A DNA stretch of 59,326 nucleotides, counting the filler. It is 5 parts of 5 records of this genome, joined end to end, with 100 filler letters (N's around TTAATTAATTAA, not from the genome) between each part and the next. Parts side by side here need not be neighbours in the genome. Positions count along the whole stretch, not along the records: positions 1 to 10,108 come from SRR2962707_5533; 4 more parts are not named here. One strand, 5' to 3'. The notes beneath the pieces are model-generated. The model was not told the origin of the DNA and ran no database searches. It was given only the letters and a program-made list of their open reading frames with translations. The position numbers and the translations under genes were made by a program. Below are positions 1 through 8,733 of the stretch, piece after piece (the stretch's first letter is position 1; each line of letters begins with the position of its first letter).

Positions 1-1
1 G

Positions 2-610
2 GGCACGCTGACCATCTTCCGTGGTCTGGTGTTCGTCATCTCGGGCGGCGCCTGGGTGAACGCGGCGCAGATGAGCCCGGACTTTATCGGACTGCAGCGC
101 GTGATTTTCCTGGGGCTGCCCGTCTTGAGCTGGTTCGCCATTGTCACTGCTGTGCTGTTCTACATCCTGATGACCCGCACGCCGCTCGGCCGCTCGCTCT
201 ATGCCATCGGCGTCAACCCGACGGCCTCGGTCTATACCGGCATTGATGTGGGCAAGACCAAGTTCCTGGCCTTTACCATTGCTGGCGCCGTGGCCGGGCT
301 GTGCGGCTATCTGTGGATCTCGCGCTACGTCATCGCATCGGTCGAAGTGGCGGGCGGCTATGAGCTGACCATCATCGCGGCCTGTGTGATTGGCGGCGTC
401 TCGATTGCCGGTGGCATCGGCACCGTGCCCGGCGTGCTGCTGGGGGCGATCTTCCTGGGCGTGATCAACAATGCCCTGCCGGTGATCAATATCAGCCCGT
501 TCTGGCAGATGGCCATTTCTGGCTCCGCCATTCTGCTCGCCGTAGTGCTCAATGCACGCGGTGAAGCCAGCAAGGGCCGCATCATTCTCAAGAAGGCGGA
601 AGCCGCATGA
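2..610 (+). CDS. rhaP: Sugar (rhamnose) ABC transporter permease, 5'-truncated
   Basis: Frame is open from the window start (GTLTIFRGLV...). RbsC-type motifs RTPLGRSLYAIGVN and ELTIIAACVIGGVSIAGG. Lies upstream of a second permease and rhamnose mutarotase. Confidence 0.8.
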   Translation, partial: GTLTIFRGLVFVISGGAWVNAAQMSPDFIGLQRVIFLGLPVLSWFAIVTAVLFYILMTRTPLGRSLYAIGVNPTASVYTGIDVGKTKFLAFTIAGAVAGLCGYLWISRYVIASVEVAGGYELTIIAACVIGGVSIAGGIGTVPGVLLGAIFLGVINNALPVINISPFWQMAISGSAILLAVVLNARGEASKGRIILKKAEAA

Positions 611-1605
611 CCGACACCGCTGCGACTGGCCGCCAACTGCCAGACCGTCTGGACAACCCGCTCAAATCCGCTGTGCTCAGCTGGGAAAGCCTGCTGGTGC
701 TGGTGGCCGTGGTCATCTTCATCGTCAATTCCTTTGCCTCGCCCTATTTTCTCAATGCCTGGAGCCTGAGCGACCTCACGTTCAACTTCACCGAGAAGGC
801 ACTGATCGCGCTGGCCATGGCTCTGCTGATCATTTCAGGCGAGATTGATCTGTCGGTGGCTGCCATCATCTCGCTGGCCTCCACCCTGATGGGACTGGCC
901 CTTCAATATGGGGCGGATACGCCCGTTCTGGTGCTGGTGGGTATTGGCGCGGGCCTGGCCTGTGGTGCGGTCAACGGGGCACTGGTCACAAAGCTCAAGC
1001 TGCCCTCGATCGTGGTCACCATCGGTACCATGAGCCTGTTTCGCGGCATCAGCTTCATCATTCTGGGCGATCAGAGCTTCAAGGGTTATCCCAAGAGCTT
1101 TGCCTGGTTCGGTCAGGGCTATGTCGGCTGGGTCATCTCGTTTGAGCTGGTGCTGTTTCTGGTCTGCGCGGTAATCTACTGGGTGCTGCTGCACCGCACC
1201 AATTTTGGCCGTCGGGTCTTCGCCATCGGCAATAATGATGTTGCCGCGCGGTTCTCCGGCGTGCGGGTTGATCGCATCAAGTTCATCCTGTTCTGCCTGA
1301 CCGGACTGATGAGCGGTGTGGCCGCTGTTCTGCTCACCGCCCGCCTGGGCTCTACCCGGCCCTCCATCGCCGAAGGTTGGGAACTTGAAGCCATCACCAT
1401 GGTGGTGCTGGGCGGTGTCTCCATTCTGGGCGGCGCAGGGTCCATCATAGGCGTGGTGCTGGCAGCCCTGATCATGGGGCTGGTGACCTTTGGCCTTGGC
1501 CTGCTCAATGTGCCGGGCATCGTCATGTCGATCTTTATCGGCGGCCTGCTGATCGTGGTCATCGCGCTGCCCATTCTGTTCCGCATGTGGAGGCAGCGCG
1601 CATGA
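607..1605 (+). CDS. rhaQ: Sugar (rhamnose) ABC transporter permease
   Basis: Motifs [21 protein letters not shown] and [22 protein letters not shown] overlap with both neighbours. Confidence 0.8.
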   Translation: MTDTAATGRQLPDRLDNPLKSAVLSWESLLVLVAVVIFIVNSFASPYFLNAWSLSDLTFNFTEKALIALAMALLIISGEIDLSVAAIISLASTLMGLALQYGADTPVLVLVGIGAGLACGAVNGALVTKLKLPSIVVTIGTMSLFRGISFIILGDQSFKGYPKSFAWFGQGYVGWVISFELVLFLVCAVIYWVLLHRTNFGRRVFAIGNNDVAARFSGVRVDRIKFILFCLTGLMSGVAAVLLTARLGSTRPSIAEGWELEAITMVVLGGVSILGGAGSIIGVVLAALIMGLVTFGLGLLNVPGIVMSIFIGGLLIVVIALPILFRMWRQRA

Positions 1606-1937
1606 TCATCACCGACGGCGACTACGAAAAGCATGCCTTCAAGATGCACCTCAATCCCGGGCAGACGGCCGAGTACAAGAAGCGGCACGACGAGATTTTC
1701 CCCGAGCTGGTCGATCTGCTGCACCAGGCCGGGGTGAAGGATTATTCGATCCACCTCGACGAAGAGACCAATACCCTTTTCGGGGTGCTCTGGCGGCGCC
1801 GGGATCACACCATGGCCGACCTGCCCGCGACGGCGGTGATGCAGCGCTGGTGGGCTCACATGGCCGATATCATGGCGACCAATGCGCAGAACGAGCCCAT
1901 CGCCACTGATCTGGTGCCCCTGTTCTGGATGAAATGA
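1602..1937 (+). CDS. rhaM: L-rhamnose mutarotase
   Basis: [19 protein letters not shown] and [12 protein letters not shown] are typical RhaM/RhaU motifs. ATG at 1602 overlaps the rhaQ stop. Confidence 0.93.
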   Translation: MIITDGDYEKHAFKMHLNPGQTAEYKKRHDEIFPELVDLLHQAGVKDYSIHLDEETNTLFGVLWRRRDHTMADLPATAVMQRWWAHMADIMATNAQNEPIATDLVPLFWMK

Positions 1938-1941
1938 ACCG

Positions 1942-3075
1942 CTAGCGGTTCTCGGCGATGGCGCCGATCAGCGCTGCGCCCAGCGTGGCCCCGCCACCAT
2001 CGCGCGGCCAGCACAGCCAGAAATTCATGTCATGGCGCCGGGGCAGGGCCAGTTGCGCCAGTTCCTCGCGAATGCGGCTGACCGAGGTTTGGGGCAGGAT
2101 CGACACAAAGCCGTGGTGCAGCACCAGATTGAGAATGACTGGAATGGAGTCGATTTCGATCATCTGCAGCGCGTCTCGCTCGATGTCGCTGAGATAGGTC
2201 GCAAGAATTTCGTTGATTGATTGCCGCAGGCCCGAGCGCGCGCTGGGCACCGCCAGCGGTGCGCCCAATAGCGCATCGCCAATGCTGGCGTGCCCCGCGC
2301 GAACGCCGACCACCGCCAATGGCGACGTGGCGACGATCTCGCCATCCAGGTCGGGGGGGAGGCGTGCGGTATCGAGGAAGGCCACATCGAACAAGCCGCT
2401 CTTGAGACCCGCCATAAGCTGGTCGGCCGTGGTCGAACTGACCAGCAGTGGGGCGCGGGGACGCTCGGCCAGCCAGCGCGCCGCCAGATTGGCCAATTGC
2501 CGGGCAATCTCGCTCTCATAGCCCAGTGGAATGACCGAGCCGAGCCGCGCCGTTGCTGCTGCCTTGCGAAACCGCTCATCGGAGGCCCCTGACAGTTCCC
2601 GCCAGACAGCCAGCAGGGCTTCGGCCCGCATCTGCAACGTCTTGCCCTCGGGCGTCAGTCGCGAGCCGCCACTGCTGCGCTGCAATAGTGTCTGGCCCAG
2701 CGTGGCTTCGAGTTGTGCCAGTTGGCGCGTCAGCTGCGGCTGTCCCAGCCCCATGGTGCGTGCCGCGCGCCGGATACTGCCCACACTGGCCACCTGAATG
2801 AAGCGCTCAAGCGCGTCGAGTTTGATGGCGTGATGCGGCGACACGGCCTGCGCCAGTTGTGCTGCCTGTTTGATGGCCGGCTCCAGCCGCACCGCTTCAA
2901 GACTGGCGACCAGGCCTGAGCCGGCGCGCTCGATTAGCCCGATCGAGACTTCTGCTTCAAAGCGGGCGATAGCGGCGGCAATTGTGGACGCGGGCCGGCT
3001 CAGCACTCTGGCGGTGCCGCGCACGCTGCGGGTCCGCAGAACGGAATCGACGGCGATCAGCGTAGCGGTATCCAT
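1942..3075 (-). CDS. LysR-family regulator with two tandem N-terminal HTH domains
   Basis: HTH1 aa ~1-60 (SVRGTARVLSRPASTIAAAIARFE), HTH2 aa ~84-145 (SIRRAARTMGLGQPQLTRQLAQLEATLGQTLLQRS), then a LysR substrate-binding domain. Confidence 0.88.
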   Translation of the reverse strand: MDTATLIAVDSVLRTRSVRGTARVLSRPASTIAAAIARFEAEVSIGLIERAGSGLVASLEAVRLEPAIKQAAQLAQAVSPHHAIKLDALERFIQVASVGSIRRAARTMGLGQPQLTRQLAQLEATLGQTLLQRSSGGSRLTPEGKTLQMRAEALLAVWRELSGASDERFRKAAATARLGSVIPLGYESEIARQLANLAARWLAERPRAPLLVSSTTADQLMAGLKSGLFDVAFLDTARLPPDLDGEIVATSPLAVVGVRAGHASIGDALLGAPLAVPSARSGLRQSINEILATYLSDIERDALQMIEIDSIPVILNLVLHHGFVSILPQTSVSRIREELAQLALPRRHDMNFWLCWPRDGGGATLGAALIGAIAENR

Positions 3076-3136
3076 CTGCCTGCCTTTCGAGCAGACTATG
3101 GTGGTGCACAGAATGAGCGCATAGCCTGTTCAGTAA

Positions 3137-3150
3137 TTGGGATATCCCAA
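3137..3150. promoter_or_regulatory. Palindromic candidate operator between the LysR and lyase genes
   Basis: Perfect palindrome TTGGGATATCCCAA containing T-N11-A, inside the ~104-bp divergent intergenic region. Confidence 0.5.
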
Positions 3151-3179
3151 CATGGCTGACTATCCAATAGCGTGCCCCC

Positions 3180-4739
3180 ATGAATGATCTGGCCATGACA
3201 GTGCGCGGCGACCCCATCATCCTCAACGGCAAGCCGCTGAGCTTTGCCGACATTGCGCGAATTGGCCGTCGCTCGGCCCGTCTGGTTGCCAATGACGACG
3301 CGCTGGTGCGCGTGGCAAACGCCCGTACGGTGGTCGAAGACGCAATAGCCGGCGGACAGGCCGTTTATGGAGCCACCACCGGCGTCGGCGCCATGAAGGA
3401 TGTCGAGTGGACCCCCGACCAGCTCGATGCGTTCAATCTCGGGCTGGTGCGCGCGCACCATTTTGGCACGGGTGATGCCTTTTCCAGTGAGATCGTCCGC
3501 ACCGCAATGGCCATTCGCGTCAATATGGCGCTGACCGGACGCGTTGGCTGCACCACCGATCTGGTTCACGCCTATCTTGCTTTGCTGTCCACCGACGTCG
3601 TGCCGGTCGTGCGGCGCACCGGCTCGATCGGCTGTGCCGATATCGGCCTGATGGGCCAGATCGGTGCGGTGCTGACCGGTGCAGGGGAGGCCACCTTCAA
3701 CGGTCAGCGCCTGCCCGCAGCCGAGGCGCTCTCACAGGCCGGTCTGAACGCCTTTCGACTGGCGCCACGCGATAGTCTGGCGTCGATCTCCACCAACGCC
3801 GTCGGCTATGCCGCGGCCGCCAACGCCATCCGCGAGGCCGCCAGAACCGTGCGTGTCATGTTGGCGACCGGCCTGACCACGGCAGGGGCGCTCGGCGCGT
3901 CGCGCGATCCGTGGAAAGCGGTGGCTCATGTTGGAACCGAACGCGAGGCGGGGATCGGGGCCTGGCTGTATTTCAATGCGATGGGCTGGGACTGGCCCAA
4001 TGCCACCCATATTCAGGATCCGCTTAGCCTGCGCATGATGAGCCAGGTTTTTGCCACCGGCTTTGAAACCCTGGTTGCCGCTGGCAAGACATTGCTGGCT
4101 GCCACCGGTCGGACGGATGACAATCCGGTCGTGGCTGGCGGGCAGGTGCTGACCTCTGGCGGTTCGCTGCCGCTGGATGTGACGGTCTTCATGCAAACCG
4201 CGCAATTGGGGCTGGCCCATATCGCCCGCAATTCATTTAACCGCTGCGTATTGCTGGGCAATGGTGGCCGGCGTGACCTGCCGGTCAATCTGGTGGCGCC
4301 CGGATCGATCGCCACCGGCTTTGGCCCCATCATCAAACTGGCTGGGGAACTGTTTGCCCGCGTGCTGAGCATGACCAACCCCATTTCAGCCAACTCCATG
4401 GTGGTGGCGGGTGGGCTGGAGGATGAAGCGGCTTTCCTGCCACTGGTCGTGGAACGCTTTGAGCGCCAGGTCATGGCGCTCAACCGCCTGTCAGCACTCG
4501 AAGGCATACTGGCGGCGCAGGCCATGGACATCTCGGGCGACCGTCCGGGTAATGTGCCGGGCATCATCTACCAGCTCGTGCGTCAGCACGCTGAATACTA
4601 CACGGTGGATCGGCCACTATCGGCCGAAGTTGAGGCTGTCGAACACGCACTCGGTTCTGACGCAATTATGAACGAACTAATCGCTCACTCAGCGATTATG
4701 GAATTGGACGAGTTTTTCGCCCTGGGCCCTGTCGAATAG
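3180..4739 (+). CDS. Aromatic amino-acid ammonia-lyase (HAL/PAL) superfamily protein, MIO-less, ergothionase-like
   Basis: Tyr-loop VYGATTGVGAMKD, GSIGCADI in place of GSVGASGDL, QDPLSLR, DDNP and GGLEDE. Confidence 0.85.
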   Translation: MNDLAMTVRGDPIILNGKPLSFADIARIGRRSARLVANDDALVRVANARTVVEDAIAGGQAVYGATTGVGAMKDVEWTPDQLDAFNLGLVRAHHFGTGDAFSSEIVRTAMAIRVNMALTGRVGCTTDLVHAYLALLSTDVVPVVRRTGSIGCADIGLMGQIGAVLTGAGEATFNGQRLPAAEALSQAGLNAFRLAPRDSLASISTNAVGYAAAANAIREAARTVRVMLATGLTTAGALGASRDPWKAVAHVGTEREAGIGAWLYFNAMGWDWPNATHIQDPLSLRMMSQVFATGFETLVAAGKTLLAATGRTDDNPVVAGGQVLTSGGSLPLDVTVFMQTAQLGLAHIARNSFNRCVLLGNGGRRDLPVNLVAPGSIATGFGPIIKLAGELFARVLSMTNPISANSMVVAGGLEDEAAFLPLVVERFERQVMALNRLSALEGILAAQAMDISGDRPGNVPGIIYQLVRQHAEYYTVDRPLSAEVEAVEHALGSDAIMNELIAHSAIMELDEFFALGPVE

Positions 4740-4820
4740 AATTTGCGATCTGGCTCATTTCTACCAAGACGCTACGTTAGGGACAGCCGGGTAACAGACC
4801 CGGAGAAAACGGAGAAACCA

Positions 4821-5732
4821 ATGCGCCTCACATCCACGCTTTTGAGCGCAGTCGCTGCGCTCGCCATTTCCGTCACGGCCGCAAACGCTCAAGTGGTTGT
4901 ATCGTCCAAGATCGACACTGAAGGTGGCGTTCTGGGCAACATCATCAAGCAGGTACTTGAGGCCAACGACATTGCCGTCGAAGACCGCATCCAGCTTGGT
5001 GGCACGCCCATTGTGCGTCAGGCCATCACCGCGGGCGAGATCGACATCTACCCCGAATATACCGGCAACGCCGCCTTCTTCTTCGAAAAGGCCGATGATC
5101 CGCTCTGGAACGACGCTGCACTGGCTTATGCCGAAGCCGCCAAGCTCGATTTTGAGGCCAACAATATCGTCTGGCTGACCCCATCGCCCGCCAATAACAC
5201 CTGGGCCGTGGCCATCCGGTCCGACGTTGCCGAAGCCAATAGCCTGAACACCTTCAGCGAATTCGGCGCCTGGGTTGCTGGCGGTGGCGAGGTCAAGCTT
5301 GCCGCATCGGCCGAGTTCGTCAATTCGCCCGCCGCGCTGCCAAAATTCCAGGAAGTCTATGGCTTCTCCTTGACCCCTGATCAGCTCATCACGCTGTCGG
5401 GTGGCGACACCGCGGCCACCATTGCCGCTGCCGCCCAGCAGACCAATGGCGTCAATGCCGCCATGGTCTATGGCACCGATGGCGGCATTGCCCCGTCCGG
5501 CCTCAAGGTGCTCGAGGACGACAAGGGTGTGCAGCCCGTCTATCAGCCTTCGCCGATCATCCGCGCTGACGTGTTGGCGGAATACCCGCAGATCGAAGAA
5601 CTGCTCAAGCCCGTCTTTGAAGGCCTGACGCTCGAAGTGCTCCAGGACCTCAATGGTCGCGTGCAGGTCGGTGGCGAAGCCTCTGCCGCCGTGGCAACCG
5701 ACTATCTGACTCAGGGCGGTTTCCTGCAGTAG
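4821..5732 (+). CDS. osmF: Osmoprotectant/betaine-type ABC substrate-binding protein (OsmF/YehZ-like)
   Basis: Signal peptide, VVVSSKIDTEG, IDIYPEYTGN, ANNTWA and MVYGTDG. GGAGA RBS before ATG 4821. Confidence 0.85.
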   Translation: MRLTSTLLSAVAALAISVTAANAQVVVSSKIDTEGGVLGNIIKQVLEANDIAVEDRIQLGGTPIVRQAITAGEIDIYPEYTGNAAFFFEKADDPLWNDAALAYAEAAKLDFEANNIVWLTPSPANNTWAVAIRSDVAEANSLNTFSEFGAWVAGGGEVKLAASAEFVNSPAALPKFQEVYGFSLTPDQLITLSGGDTAATIAAAAQQTNGVNAAMVYGTDGGIAPSGLKVLEDDKGVQPVYQPSPIIRADVLAEYPQIEELLKPVFEGLTLEVLQDLNGRVQVGGEASAAVATDYLTQGGFLQ

Positions 5733-5740
5733 GCCGAACC

Positions 5741-5765
5741 GGGGTGAGGGCAACGCGCTCACCCC
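5741..5765 (+). terminator. Intercistronic hairpin after the SBP gene (mRNA stabiliser or partial terminator)
   Basis: GGGGTGAG-N9-CTCACCCC stem with no U-tract. Confidence 0.45.
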
Positions 5766-5832
5766 ATTCCTTGCTCCGGCGGAGTAGGGGCCCTTTCAAG
5801 GCGAAGCATCTACTGACCGTTCTGGAGCCAGC

Positions 5833-7026
5833 ATGAGCATAGCCGACACCCCCACTGCCGCCACGCGACCCGTTAGGTTCGCGCTCGACAAGCTCGGCGT
5901 CATGATCGCCCTGATTGCTGCCGCCGGCGCCGCGCTACCCTTCGCCCTGTTCCGCGCCAACCGCATCGTGCTCGGCGAAACCAAAGCCCTCTTCGAAGCA
6001 CTCCCCGGCCAGCTTACTGCGCTGCTCATACTCGCATTGCTCACCGGTGTCGTCGTGGCGCTGCTGCGCTTTGCCCCACTGACCAAACTGATCGTTGGGT
6101 TTTTCATCCTCGCCGTGCTGTTCGTCCTGATGGGCCAATCAGCGGCCTATCTGACGCCCGAAGGTAATACCTTCGCCCGCGTCTCGCCCGGCGCCGGTTT
6201 CTGGCTGCTGGTCTTCGCCTTCGCCTTGCTGGTGACCGACGCCCTGACCCGGCTGCGCTTCAAGCCGCTGACACGCATTGCCATTCTGATCGCGGTCGCT
6301 GCCGCCATGGCGCTGCTATTGTGGAGCGGCGGCTGGGATCAGCTTTCCATGCTCAAGGAATATGCCAATCGCGCCCCGGCCTTCTGGTCCGAAGCCCAGG
6401 CGCATCTGGTGCTGGCCTTCGGCTCGGTCGCCATCGCCACGCTGGTCGGCCTGCCGCTGGGCATTCTTTGCTACAAGGTCAAACCCCTGCGCGCCGGCGT
6501 GCTCAATGTCCTCAACATCGTCCAGACCATCCCCTCAATTGCCCTGTTCGGCCTGCTGATCGCCCCACTGGCCTGGATCGCCGCCAATATTCCGGGCGCC
6601 TCGGCCATCGGCATTTCGGGCATTGGCACGGCGCCCGCTCTGGTGGCGCTATTCGCCTATTCGCTGCTGCCCATCGTCTCCAACACCGTGGTGGGCCTGC
6701 AAAGCGTCTCGCCCGCTGCCATTGATGCGGCGCGCGGCATGGGCATGACCGATTTCCAGCGCCTCAGGGCGGTTGAACTGCCGCTGGCCTTCCCGGTGAT
6801 CCTGACCGGCATCCGCATCGTGCTGGTGCAGAATATCGGCCTGACCACCATTGCCGCGCTGATCGGCGGCGGCGGCTTTGGTGTCTTCGTGTTTCAGGGC
6901 ATTGGCCAGACGGCCATGGATCTGGTGCTGCTGGGGGCTGTGCCGACAGTCGCCCTGGCTTTTGCTGCCGCTGTGGTGCTCGACGCCCTGGTGGAAATGA
7001 CCGCGCGCGAGGGGAAGCGCTCATGA
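5833..7026 (+). CDS. yehY: ABC transporter permease (YehY-like)
   Basis: Long hydrophobic N-terminus, QTIPSIALFGLL, and EAA loop DAARGMGMT...VELPLA. Confidence 0.8.
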   Translation: MSIADTPTAATRPVRFALDKLGVMIALIAAAGAALPFALFRANRIVLGETKALFEALPGQLTALLILALLTGVVVALLRFAPLTKLIVGFFILAVLFVLMGQSAAYLTPEGNTFARVSPGAGFWLLVFAFALLVTDALTRLRFKPLTRIAILIAVAAAMALLLWSGGWDQLSMLKEYANRAPAFWSEAQAHLVLAFGSVAIATLVGLPLGILCYKVKPLRAGVLNVLNIVQTIPSIALFGLLIAPLAWIAANIPGASAIGISGIGTAPALVALFAYSLLPIVSNTVVGLQSVSPAAIDAARGMGMTDFQRLRAVELPLAFPVILTGIRIVLVQNIGLTTIAALIGGGGFGVFVFQGIGQTAMDLVLLGAVPTVALAFAAAVVLDALVEMTAREGKRS

Positions 7027-7958
7027 TTGAGATCGACGACCTCACCAAGAGCTATGACGGCACCGTGGTGGTGGACCATGTGACTCTGACCATTCAGCCC
7101 CACACCATTTGCGTGGTGGTCGGCACCTCGGGCTCGGGCAAGACCACGCTGATGCGCATGATGAACAAGCTGGTGACGCCCACTTCGGGCACAGTGCGCA
7201 TCGATGGTCAGGATATCGCCGATATCCCCGCCTATGAACTGCGCCGCCGCATCGGCTACGCCATTCAAGGGCATGGTCTGTTTCCCCACCGTACCGTGGG
7301 CCAGAACATTGCCACCGTGCCCAAGCTGGCCGGCTGGGACAAGGCGCGCATCGCCCGCCGCGTCGACGAACTGATGGCGCTGTTCCAGCTCGATCCCGGC
7401 CAGTTCCGCGATCGGCTTCCGCACGAGCTCAGCGGCGGCCAGCAGCAGCGCGTTGGCGTAGCCCGTGCTTTGGCGGCCGAGCCCAATATCCTGCTGATGG
7501 ACGAGCCCTATGGCGCGCTTGATCCGGTGATCCGCGCCAAGGCACAGGAAGATTTGCTGGCCATTCAGCGCAAATTCGGCACCACGGTCGTGCTGGTTAC
7601 CCACGACATGGAAGAGGCCATTCACCTCGGCCACACTATCGCGGTGATGGACGAGGGAAAGCTGCTGCAATGTGCAGCGCCCGCCGAGATCATCGCCAAT
7701 CCTGCAACGCCCTTTGTCGCCGAACTGATCGGCACCAGCGAGCGTCCCTTCCGCCTGCTCTCGCTGTCCAAGGTTGCCGATCACATTGAGCCCGGCGAGG
7801 CCCCCGGCGAGCCCATCGCTGCACAAGCCTCCCTGCGTGATGCCTATGCCGAGCTGCTCTGGTCGCGTCGGCCCGCTCTGCCGGTCCTGCGCGATGGCCA
7901 GATTGTCGGTCAGGTCACGCTGGACGCGCTGGCCAAACTGGCGGCCAGACCACAATGA
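7023..7958 (+). CDS. yehX: ABC transporter ATP-binding protein (YehX-like)
   Basis: Walker A GTSGSGKTT, LSGGQQQRVG, Walker B LLMDEP, C-terminal CBS-like remnant. Confidence 0.88.
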   Translation: MIEIDDLTKSYDGTVVVDHVTLTIQPHTICVVVGTSGSGKTTLMRMMNKLVTPTSGTVRIDGQDIADIPAYELRRRIGYAIQGHGLFPHRTVGQNIATVPKLAGWDKARIARRVDELMALFQLDPGQFRDRLPHELSGGQQQRVGVARALAAEPNILLMDEPYGALDPVIRAKAQEDLLAIQRKFGTTVVLVTHDMEEAIHLGHTIAVMDEGKLLQCAAPAEIIANPATPFVAELIGTSERPFRLLSLSKVADHIEPGEAPGEPIAAQASLRDAYAELLWSRRPALPVLRDGQIVGQVTLDALAKLAARPQ

Positions 7959-8713
7959 CCACGGGTAATCTCCTCCGACTGCTGGCGTTTCTGGTGCTGG
8001 GCCTGTTTCTGGCCAGCCCCGAGCTGTTCAGCGGCTTCTTCAGCCTGTTCACCAAAAACAGCCAGCCCGCCATCTACAATCAGGGCAGCCTGCTCGACAT
8101 CACCCTCAATCACCTGGCCATCGTGGCCGCCGCGACCGCAGCCTCCACCATCATCGCCGTGGGCCTGGCCATCATCGTAACCCGGCCGTTTGGCGCCGAA
8201 TTCCTGCCGCTGTCGCGCAGTCTCGCCAATGTCGGGCAGACCTTTCCGCCCGTGGCCGTGCTGGCGCTGGCGGTGCCCATGCTGGGCTTCGGCACCGCCC
8301 CAACCCTGGTGGCGCTGTTTCTCTACGGTCTGCTGCCCATTTTCGAGAATACGCTGACCGGCCTGACCAATCTGCCATCCGCGGTGACCGACGCGGCCAA
8401 GGGCATGGGCATGACGGGCTGGCAGCGTCTGCTCAAGGTCGAACTGCCCCTGGCCCTGCCGGTCATTCTGGCCGGTATTCGACTTTCCGTGGTCATCTCG
8501 CTGGCCACTGCCACCATCGGCTCGACCGTCGCTGCACGGACCTTGGGGGAGGTCATCATTGCTGGCCTGCTTTCGAGCAACACCGCCTTTGTCTTGCAGG
8601 GCGGGCTGATCGTCGGGGTGCTGGCCGTGTTGATTTATGACGGCCTGTCGGCGCTGGAACGCTTTTTGATGGCCCGTACCGGGCAATTGGGCCGGGCGGC
8701 GGCCACATCATGA
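7955..8713 (+). CDS. yehW: ABC transporter permease (YehW-like)
   Basis: GQTFPPVAVLAL and EAA loop DAAKGMGMT...VELPLA. Confidence 0.8.
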   Translation: MTTGNLLRLLAFLVLGLFLASPELFSGFFSLFTKNSQPAIYNQGSLLDITLNHLAIVAAATAASTIIAVGLAIIVTRPFGAEFLPLSRSLANVGQTFPPVAVLALAVPMLGFGTAPTLVALFLYGLLPIFENTLTGLTNLPSAVTDAAKGMGMTGWQRLLKVELPLALPVILAGIRLSVVISLATATIGSTVAARTLGEVIIAGLLSSNTAFVLQGGLIVGVLAVLIYDGLSALERFLMARTGQLGRAAATS

Positions 8714-8733
8714 TACAGCTGGGGGGCTGAACC

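Noticed and set aside
4761-5762. Long antisense ORFs (also 6894-7955, 42146-43171, 55701-56657)
   Set aside because: They mirror well-supported genes in high-GC DNA and show no family motifs.
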